Source: Candidatus Heimdallarchaeum aukensis (GTDB lineage: Archaea > Asgardarchaeota > Heimdallarchaeia > Heimdallarchaeales > Heimdallarchaeaceae). Taken from it: 64,000 nt of DNA. The stretch is from the NCBI GenBank assembly GCA_021513695.1, contig CP084166.1, positions 1,120,001 to 1,184,000 on the forward strand, read 5' to 3'. Within the stretch, counting starts at the first letter, position 1, and every line of letters begins with the position of its first letter. Position numbers and translations under genes: made by a program. Shown in pieces: positions 56,717 through 64,000 of this stretch. A model generated the notes under the pieces. It made no database searches, was not told where the DNA came from, and saw only the letters and a program-made list of their open reading frames with translations.

Positions 56717-58471
56717 ATGCCACTTGAAACAAAAAATAACTATTTCAAACCTGTTGAACCAAAAAAATACATTGGACAGCAAGAAATCATTAAGAGTTTC
56801 AATGAACTTATAAGCAAGTTTAAAGTTGGAGAAACAGAGAAAAGGTCTGTTCTAATCATAGGAAATAATGGTACTGGAAAATCTTCGCTTCTTTTCAAAT
56901 TATCAGATTATATTAGTGGAAGAAGAGACATAAAAACAATTTACAACATTAAGCCAATAAAAGAACAAGTTGAAGGATTCTTTAGAAATTGGTTAAATGA
57001 CATCGATAAGCTTACTCCTAGCTGGGGAGGTATTTTTGAAAAGATCCCTGAACTTCCTCTTCTAAAGGATGATAATAGAATTACTGATGAAAAAGAGTAT
57101 GTAAAAAACTTTACTGATAAGTTCTTCGAAAAGATGAACAAAATCGATAAAAAATTAAAGAGTGAAAAAATAAGGCTTTATTTTTTCATCGATAATACTT
57201 CAATCTTTAGAATGATGAGATATTCTATTTTCTATAAGATTTTTTCACAAATTATTGATGAAATAGCAAAAAAAGGTTTCAATCTTTTCGTTGTAACAAC
57301 TATAGACGAACTTTTCCTTTCAGAAATTGATGTCGAAAAGAAACTTACTTTCAATTCTGAAATCTTCAAACTAGAACCATTAACAGAGGCGGAAGCTCAG
57401 ATTTTCATAAAGGAAAAATCTCCTGAATTGAAATCATCTGATGTTTTAGAGCTTCTTGAAAATAGTGAAAGGACATATTTTGATCTTGTTTTAGCTATAT
57501 ACTTCATAGAGAAGAAGCTATCTGTAACTGATTATGTTGAAAAGAACATCGTAAAACTGCTTGATATATCTGAAGAGGAACATGAAGCTCTCCAAGAAAT
57601 GAGCACCTATTCTGAGAATCTATTTCCTGAAGAAAGACTACTTAAGTTCATTCAAAAGGAAACTTTAGATAATTTAGAAAAAAAAGGTCTAATCGAATAT
57701 TTTGGTGACTATATCCGTTTTACTCAAAATGCTCTTTTAGACGTGGTTAAATTTAATGAAAAATTGTATTCTACATTGACAATAATTATGATCAAACTTG
57801 ATAAAATACATCATGATTTAGAGAGTAACATAATACCGACAGATATTGAGTTTCAAGAATTGAGAAAAATAACTTCACGAATTCACGATGGACTGTCATA
57901 CAATGTTGTTGGAGCAAAAGTTAACCAAATAATTAAACTACTAATTAAGAAAAAAGAGTTCCAAAAAGCTTATGATTTTGCTTTATTAAACATAAACAAT
58001 TTTGACCAACTTCATGATTTTGTAAGAGCAGCTACTATCGCAGAAAAGGTAGGAAGAGATTTAGAAGAAAAACACTACGCCTTTGCTGGAAAATTGTATT
58101 ATAGAGCTGGTATTTTTTACGAGACTATGAAAGAAGATTCAAAAGCTAAACGAGCATTTATTCGTGCAGCTGATCAATTTGAGAAACAATTTTCCTCATT
58201 AGATGCTAAAAACAGTCCTTATTTATTGAGAGCGCATATAAAATCATGTTTAGATTGCTACAGAAAAGCAAAAGATGAAACTAAATTTAGAAGAATCAAA
58301 GAAAAAGCAATCAAAATCTTCCCTGAAGAATCGATACATCATCGTTACATCAGTGAAATTAATTACAAGAAAATAGAAGCCATACAAGCCACTCCAATTA
58401 TAGAAGAACCAAGAGAAGAAGAAAAGAAATCCATAGATATCGACGATTTAGAAAAAGAATTAGAATTTTAG
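56717..58471 (+). CDS. STAND-like P-loop NTPase (AAA_16/Arch_ATPase-type) with a helical-repeat (TPR-like) C-terminal half
   Basis: YIGQQEIIKSFNELISKF....RSVLIIGNNGTGKSSLLFKL (lead-in + Walker A), RLYFFIDNTS (Walker-B-like). The C-terminal ~230 aa is made of paired helices (..YYRAGIFYETMKEDSKAKRAFIRAADQFE..). Confidence 0.6.
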   Translation: MPLETKNNYFKPVEPKKYIGQQEIIKSFNELISKFKVGETEKRSVLIIGNNGTGKSSLLFKLSDYISGRRDIKTIYNIKPIKEQVEGFFRNWLNDIDKLTPSWGGIFEKIPELPLLKDDNRITDEKEYVKNFTDKFFEKMNKIDKKLKSEKIRLYFFIDNTSIFRMMRYSIFYKIFSQIIDEIAKKGFNLFVVTTIDELFLSEIDVEKKLTFNSEIFKLEPLTEAEAQIFIKEKSPELKSSDVLELLENSERTYFDLVLAIYFIEKKLSVTDYVEKNIVKLLDISEEEHEALQEMSTYSENLFPEERLLKFIQKETLDNLEKKGLIEYFGDYIRFTQNALLDVVKFNEKLYSTLTIIMIKLDKIHHDLESNIIPTDIEFQELRKITSRIHDGLSYNVVGAKVNQIIKLLIKKKEFQKAYDFALLNINNFDQLHDFVRAATIAEKVGRDLEEKHYAFAGKLYYRAGIFYETMKEDSKAKRAFIRAADQFEKQFSSLDAKNSPYLLRAHIKSCLDCYRKAKDETKFRRIKEKAIKIFPEESIHHRYISEINYKKIEAIQATPIIEEPREEEKKSIDIDDLEKELEF

Positions 58472-58481
58472 GTGAAATAAG

Positions 58482-59921
58482 GTGTCAGAAAAAGAAATTA
58501 GTAAATTCAGTAAAGAAATAGAAAATTTAGAAAATGAAATTTTTGCACTAAATAGTTCTCTAGAAGAACTACAAGCTTTTGATAAATATTATAGCGAGCT
58601 TTTACAAATAATTCAGAATAAACTACTCTCGCTGAATGAAAAGCTTCGAGAATTGCATGATAACTCACATAAAGAATTAACGAATAATGTTGAAACAATC
58701 GAGGAAAAAACAAAGAATCTAACTCAAAAATGGACTGAAACAAATAAAGAAACAGTATCAACAGAGTTAAAGAACATAGGTGAAAAGTTAAACAATCTAA
58801 AGATAAAATTTGTTGAAAGTTTAAATTCAAACAAAAAAACAATTGAAAACTTATCCCAAAAATTTGTAAATGATATTAACAATATTATTAACACACACAT
58901 ACAAGAGTATGAGCGTTTTTCTACTAATCAAGTTAAGACAACAAGAGACAGTTTTACAGACATGAAAAAAGAGTTATCAGAACTACATTTGAACAGCATA
59001 AAAGAATTAGAAAAGAATACAAAAGATATAAGGACTAATTTTGATGCCAATATTAAAATTAATGAAGATATTCTGAAAGAGAGTATTCAACACTTGAGAT
59101 CAGAATATCGTGACAAATTAACTATGAATATGGAAGGAGTTTTTGAAAGTTTTGAGCGAATTAAAGACGAACTAGGTAACATGGTTACAAATACTATCCA
59201 AAAAATCCAGAATGAACTTTCAGGAATTACAGAAACAATGGATAAATACCTTATTCAAGAGATTTCTAAGATTCAAGAAATCTTAGGAGATTATGAAGAA
59301 GGAATGTTAGATGTAAACAATATAGTTATGAGTAACTTCGATGCATCTAAAAATGAACTGTTACAAACTTATGATGATCTTACAGAAAAATACATTTCTA
59401 AATACAAGAATGCGTATGCAGAACTTGAAGAGAATTACATAAAGAATAATGAATCAATATTAGAGGGTTTAGTTTCTAAATCTCAAGAGATGGTTCAGAG
59501 AGCAAAAACTGAATTCAGTCAACAACAAGAAAATATCAGTTCAATTTTAGAACAAACACACGAACAAATTATAAAAGATACATCTTACTTAGAAAGATTA
59601 TCTCAGGAACAGTTCAGCAAAATACAGCAAAGCATAGAAAGTTCATCTACTAAAATAAAAACGACCATAGAATCTTCACAAAATGATGTTAATTCTGCTC
59701 TTTCTGAACAAACTGTATCTACTAAAGAAAAAATCAACGAGTTAATTGCTAATATCAAAAAACAGGTTAAAGATCTACAAGAAAGTTCATTGAAGGCTTT
59801 AGATGAAGAAGCGAAACTTAAGATTACAGAAGCGGATAAAGCACAAAAAGAAAAGATAAAGGTAATTAATCAATTGAAAAAGACTAGTAAAACAATAGAG
59901 AAAATTAAAGAAGAACTTTAG
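58482..59921 (+). CDS. All-helical coiled-coil protein (479 aa, GTG start)
   Basis: K/E/N/I/L/Q/S/T-rich throughout, with very few Pro/Gly and none of Cys or Trp beyond a single Trp. Lies 10 nt after the NTPase gene and 11 nt before the giant ORF. Confidence 0.65.
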   Translation: MSEKEISKFSKEIENLENEIFALNSSLEELQAFDKYYSELLQIIQNKLLSLNEKLRELHDNSHKELTNNVETIEEKTKNLTQKWTETNKETVSTELKNIGEKLNNLKIKFVESLNSNKKTIENLSQKFVNDINNIINTHIQEYERFSTNQVKTTRDSFTDMKKELSELHLNSIKELEKNTKDIRTNFDANIKINEDILKESIQHLRSEYRDKLTMNMEGVFESFERIKDELGNMVTNTIQKIQNELSGITETMDKYLIQEISKIQEILGDYEEGMLDVNNIVMSNFDASKNELLQTYDDLTEKYISKYKNAYAELEENYIKNNESILEGLVSKSQEMVQRAKTEFSQQQENISSILEQTHEQIIKDTSYLERLSQEQFSKIQQSIESSSTKIKTTIESSQNDVNSALSEQTVSTKEKINELIANIKKQVKDLQESSLKALDEEAKLKITEADKAQKEKIKVINQLKKTSKTIEKIKEEL

Positions 59922-59932
59922 GAAGTGAAAAA

Positions 59933-62900
59933 ATGGAGTCCACGTTAGAGAAAATGGGTTTATCAAAAGAAGAAATAGAGGTTTACGCAAATATTGTTCA
60001 ATTTGGTTTCAGAACAATTGGGCAAATACAAGTATATACAAAAACAAATACTGAAACTATTGTACAAGCTTTAAATAAATTAGTAGAAAAAGGTTATATT
60101 AAAGAAATAAAACCAAGAAAGCCAGAAGGCACTTCAATATTCATTCCTCTTCCTCCTCAAATTAAACTTACAGAAGATGTGGCAAAGAGATTAGATAACG
60201 AATTATCAGCTCTAAGTAAAGAAGTAAGTGAAGATTGGAATAAAACAATCACTTTATTACGTAAAGAATTACTCTCTTTTCACGAGAATATATCTTCTAA
60301 CATTGGAGAACATAAAAATCATATTTCTGCTGATGCAAACAAATTTCACTCTAATATGAATGAACTTATTGATAAAAAGAGAACAGAGTTAGAAAACGCG
60401 ATTTCAAAAATTAACCAAGAAATAAAAACAATCCTAGAGACTGATGAAGAAAATCTCCAAAAATCTTCAGAAAGAGTAAAAGAAACAATAAATAATAGTT
60501 TTGATACTACTATTCACAAAATAGGTGAATTTCACGATAATTTCAAATCAAAAATTGAAGAAACATACCAAAAACTAGAAGATAAGCATAAAGAAAGAAT
60601 CGAGAAACAAAAAGAGAACATTCAAAATAAGCTTCAAGAGATCTCTGAATTAGCAAAGAGCAATCTTGACAAAAATTTAGCTGTTTTAGATGAAAATCAG
60701 GTAATTGTTAATGAAAAAACTTCTGATGTTTTTTCTGATTTAGCTGAAAAGAGTAACAGTGTTGGAAATAATAGCATTGAATCAACAAAGAAAACAATTA
60801 GCTCGATCATAGAGGAATATAAAGGAAAAATTAACCAATATCAATTAAATGTTAAAGAAATTTTAAGTTCTCTAAACGAAGAACTAACAGCTCTTGAGAA
60901 TTCAACGAATGACAACATTATTCAAACCATTACTCAAGCTAAAGATATCGCTATTTCTGTACTAAATGAGAATGAAAAACAATTCATAAAGTTAGTAGAA
61001 GACACAAAAACAAATGCAGTTCAGAAACTAAGTCAACTTATTTCTGAAACAGGAGAGAAGAATAACAATGCAAAAGAGGAATTAATCTCTGCATTAAAGG
61101 ATTATCTCTCCCAATTTGAAGAGAATAGCAAAAATCTTCTTGACTTACTAAAAAATGGAATAAACGCAGGTTTTGCTAATTTACAAGATGGATTAGAAAA
61201 ATCAATTACTCAACTCAATGAACAGATAACAGCTATGCAAGAAGACATAGAAGAATTTGTTGAGACATATATTGGCTCTTTATTCGAAGATATTGAAAAC
61301 ATTAAACAAACCATACTAACAAAATTAAATACAAATATTGAAAAGTTCTCAAAAGACACAACTGACAAACATAAGAAGAACAAAGAACTGATCGCAAAAA
61401 TAGAAAATGACTTCACTCAAGCTACTACTGATATTATTAAGAAATCAAATGAAATGATAGTAAGTGAAACAGAGAAAATATCTTCTGAAATAAAAGAAAA
61501 CAAAGAAAAACTGAAGGAAGAAAATACCTCTTTCCTTACAATAATTAATGAAAACATAGAGAGTTACAAGGACACACTTTCTGAAACTATGAAACAACTT
61601 TCTGAAAATAAGCAAGAGTTCAATTCATTCTTTGTAGAACACCTGGAAAACTTGAAAACTGAAGTAATAGAAAAAATAGAAGCTAATAAAGATACAAATA
61701 TCGAAAATATACAAAAGAAACTAGATTTAAAGAACGAAGAATATGCTTCAAAAATCAATGATTTTGTAGAAGAATATCTACAAAAGTCTAGAGATATAAG
61801 AGATGAAACACCAAATCTCGTTGAACTAGAATATACAAAGGCTTCTAACAAAATCAATGAACTAAGTTCTACTCTATCAGAACTTATCAGTGCCTTCACT
61901 TCTATGGTTAATGAGATTTATGAAAAAATAGATGAAAAAGCCGCCAACAAGTTATTTGGTAAAGGTGAAGGATTAAACTTCATTGATAGATTAGAAAAGA
62001 TCAAGAATGATAATCAAAACATAGCTGAAAAAGTAAAAACAGATCTTGACACACTTTATCGCACTTTTGAAAGTTCTAAAGAAAAATTAAGTGAAGATAT
62101 TTTTTACAAAATGAATAGACATATTGAATCCTTTACAAGTTATAACGAGGAAAATATTACAAAGTTTAAAGAATTCATGGAAAATACAAAGAAAGAAATT
62201 AAAGAAAGCTTGGATTCTGCAACAGGAGAATTAAAAAATAAGATAAACGTTGAGATGTCAGAATATAAAACAGCTTTTGATACACAAATTAATGATAAAT
62301 TCATAATATTATCTTCGTTAGTTGGTGAAGAAATAGAAAATAAAACAGAGGATTTACTTGAGATTGACACTTTAGAAGACTTTTTCACGAAGGTAAAAGA
62401 TGAAACCAGTACAAAAATTAAAGAATTTGTTAAAATGCTTGATTCATCACTTACTAAACAGGAAAAATCTTCTGATTCTTTGCACAAATCTTTAGTTAAA
62501 AAACTTGATGAATTACAGATACAATCTCTGAAGACACTAAATAAAGCTAAAATAGAGTTAGAAAAAGTAAATGATGAAATTACTACAGAGTCGAACTCTC
62601 TTCTTCAGACAACTGTAGAAAACATGGAACAAGATATTGAAAACACAATTACAGAGAGTAAGGAAAAAGCAAATGAAAAAGTGGCTGAAAAGAAAGAAGA
62701 ACTAACCAAAATTGTCACAGAGAGTATTGATGGTTTAGTAGAATCAAAGAATAGAATTCAAGCTGAAATAGAAAAAAGTAACAATGATGTTTTTGCTAAT
62801 TTAGATGATTCAATTGTTAAAAATATAGAGTCACATTCAGAGCTAGTAGACTCATTATCTAACAAGATGGACAATTCAATGGTAAGTTTACAAGCAGAAC

Positions 62901-64000
62901 TCGATGAAGCAAAGAAAGCTTTGGACACAGAAGTCAGTGATACTTTAGATAAAGCTTCTGAAGATTATAGTACTCATACTAACAAAGTCAACAAGGAAAT
63001 AGAAGAAAAGATCAATGAAAAAATAAACGAATTCAAAGAACAGTTTAGAGAAATCACTGCAGAGATTTCTGTAGATCCTGAGAAGGAATCACCTTTAGAT
63101 GAAACTACTTCAGAAATTATTGCTCAGTTAGAAAAAATAACGAAACAGTATCCTTCTCAAATGAAGAAAGAGAGAGATGAATATGTGGAAAAGATTAAAG
63201 AAACATTGTCTCAATTCCAAGAATCTACTCAAACTAAAATTGATACAATAATATCAAGTGTAAAGAAAGATGTGCAAAATGTTTTCGACTCTTCTTCTGA
63301 GTTCCTTGGTAAAAGTATCAATGAAATAGAACAAAGTTTTGAAAAAGAAGTAAACGATTATACTTTAGCGGTAAATTACGATGTTAATACACTTGTAAGT
63401 TCATCTGACAGCAATTCAGGAGCTCTGGTTACCAATATTCAAAGTACAAGAGACTCATTAATTGATACAATTGACGTAACAAACAAATCCATCGCTTCGA
63501 ATTTGGATACAATCGAAAAATCAACTAATGATGCTCTAGCTGTTTTTCTCTCATCTACTTTAGAACAATTGAAAGAGATTTCTCAAGGAACAGAGGAGAT
63601 TCTCAATCAAAAAGACGCTTATCTAAAAACAGTAGATGAATTTAGAGACAAATTCATTGAAACAAATACAAGTATTATTGACAAGGTTGAAAAAGATGTT
63701 TCAAAGACCTTAAAGACTATTCCTGAAAAGATCAAGAATGTTTTAGAAGCAACAGCTGATGCAATGGAATTAATGCGTAAGGTTCTATCTTTAGGAGCAG
63801 GAATTGAGCCTAAAGCAATTGAAGAAACCTGGGTAGTTTATGGTAAAGAGCAAGTAGATTCAGCTATAATGTCAATGTTTTCTCGAACAAAACGATCCTT
63901 AACTGCTGTAACACCTTACTTAAATTGGATGGACATCGAAACCTTGGAACAGGATGCTAATATTTCAAGAAAGAGGATTGAAATTATATCTGATATGGGT
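59933..64000 (+). CDS. Giant TrmB-family wHTH / coiled-coil protein, 3'-partial (>=1,356 codons, no stop before window end)
   Basis: I translated the frame from ATG 59933 to nt 64000 and found no stop. It is not in the supplied track because it is open-ended. The N-terminus MESTLEKMGLSKEEIEVYANIVQFGFRTIGQIQVYTKTNTETIVQALNKLVEKGYIKE is TrmB-type wHTH. The last ~55 aa resemble the start of a TrmB C-terminal domain. Confidence 0.8.
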   Translation, partial: MESTLEKMGLSKEEIEVYANIVQFGFRTIGQIQVYTKTNTETIVQALNKLVEKGYIKEIKPRKPEGTSIFIPLPPQIKLTEDVAKRLDNELSALSKEVSEDWNKTITLLRKELLSFHENISSNIGEHKNHISADANKFHSNMNELIDKKRTELENAISKINQEIKTILETDEENLQKSSERVKETINNSFDTTIHKIGEFHDNFKSKIEETYQKLEDKHKERIEKQKENIQNKLQEISELAKSNLDKNLAVLDENQVIVNEKTSDVFSDLAEKSNSVGNNSIESTKKTISSIIEEYKGKINQYQLNVKEILSSLNEELTALENSTNDNIIQTITQAKDIAISVLNENEKQFIKLVEDTKTNAVQKLSQLISETGEKNNNAKEELISALKDYLSQFEENSKNLLDLLKNGINAGFANLQDGLEKSITQLNEQITAMQEDIEEFVETYIGSLFEDIENIKQTILTKLNTNIEKFSKDTTDKHKKNKELIAKIENDFTQATTDIIKKSNEMIVSETEKISSEIKENKEKLKEENTSFLTIINENIESYKDTLSETMKQLSENKQEFNSFFVEHLENLKTEVIEKIEANKDTNIENIQKKLDLKNEEYASKINDFVEEYLQKSRDIRDETPNLVELEYTKASNKINELSSTLSELISAFTSMVNEIYEKIDEKAANKLFGKGEGLNFIDRLEKIKNDNQNIAEKVKTDLDTLYRTFESSKEKLSEDIFYKMNRHIESFTSYNEENITKFKEFMENTKKEIKESLDSATGELKNKINVEMSEYKTAFDTQINDKFIILSSLVGEEIENKTEDLLEIDTLEDFFTKVKDETSTKIKEFVKMLDSSLTKQEKSSDSLHKSLVKKLDELQIQSLKTLNKAKIELEKVNDEITTESNSLLQTTVENMEQDIENTITESKEKANEKVAEKKEELTKIVTESIDGLVESKNRIQAEIEKSNNDVFANLDDSIVKNIESHSELVDSLSNKMDNSMVSLQAELDEAKKALDTEVSDTLDKASEDYSTHTNKVNKEIEEKINEKINEFKEQFREITAEISVDPEKESPLDETTSEIIAQLEKITKQYPSQMKKERDEYVEKIKETLSQFQESTQTKIDTIISSVKKDVQNVFDSSSEFLGKSINEIEQSFEKEVNDYTLAVNYDVNTLVSSSDSNSGALVTNIQSTRDSLIDTIDVTNKSIASNLDTIEKSTNDALAVFLSSTLEQLKEISQGTEEILNQKDAYLKTVDEFRDKFIETNTSIIDKVEKDVSKTLKTIPEKIKNVLEATADAMELMRKVLSLGAGIEPKAIEETWVVYGKEQVDSAIMSMFSRTKRSLTAVTPYLNWMDIETLEQDANISRKRIEIISDMG

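Noticed and set aside
61210-62487. Three minus-strand ORFs (68, 111 and 115 aa) listed in the track
   Set aside because: They are S/F/I-rich antisense translations of the K/E/N-rich giant plus-strand ORF (59933->64000). Their composition is the mirror image of that gene, and they lack any motif.

Overview
AT-rich (about 30% G+C by eye, not computed) archaeal chromosomal segment. Archaeal markers are Alba, tRNA-splicing endonuclease EndA, NucS/EndoMS, type-2 MetAP, an A24 preflagellin-type peptidase and UPF0200/UPF0216 proteins. An Asgard/Lokiarchaeia-like origin is only a guess. Housekeeping content includes a ZnuABC/TroA-type metal uptake locus with a DtxR-family repressor, a bacterial/eukaryote-type GlnRS, two tandem tRNA-Gln genes, a P-type ATPase, an Fe-S/FAD/GcvH-like redox cluster, UppP, a UbiA-family prenyltransferase, grpE-dnaK-dnaJ and three M24 peptidases. 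Five accessory or unusual features stand out. (1) An operon-like trio at 56.7-64.0 kb encodes a STAND-like P-loop NTPase, a 479-aa coiled-coil protein, and a >1,356-codon ORF that runs off the window and is missing from the supplied ORF track. That ORF has a TrmB-type wHTH, about 1,250 aa of coiled coil, then a TrmB C-domain-like start. (2) A near-perfect 3.0-kb tandem duplication (28374-34375) creates an in-frame SpeA-like::KaiC-like chimeric ORF. (3) Three TnpB-only IS200/IS605-type elements are present. Two are diverged copies of one family, one of which carries a single in-frame TAG. The third, from a different and G+C-richer family, splits a PhzF-family gene, and its removal restores the ORF. 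(4) An MMPL transporter, a secreted protein and a PIN-fusion protein form an operon. (5) A P-loop-degenerate KaiC-like ATPase sits next to a nucleotidyltransferase. No CRISPR array or rRNA was seen. All calls rest on reading the sequence and translations by eye; no searches or computations were run.
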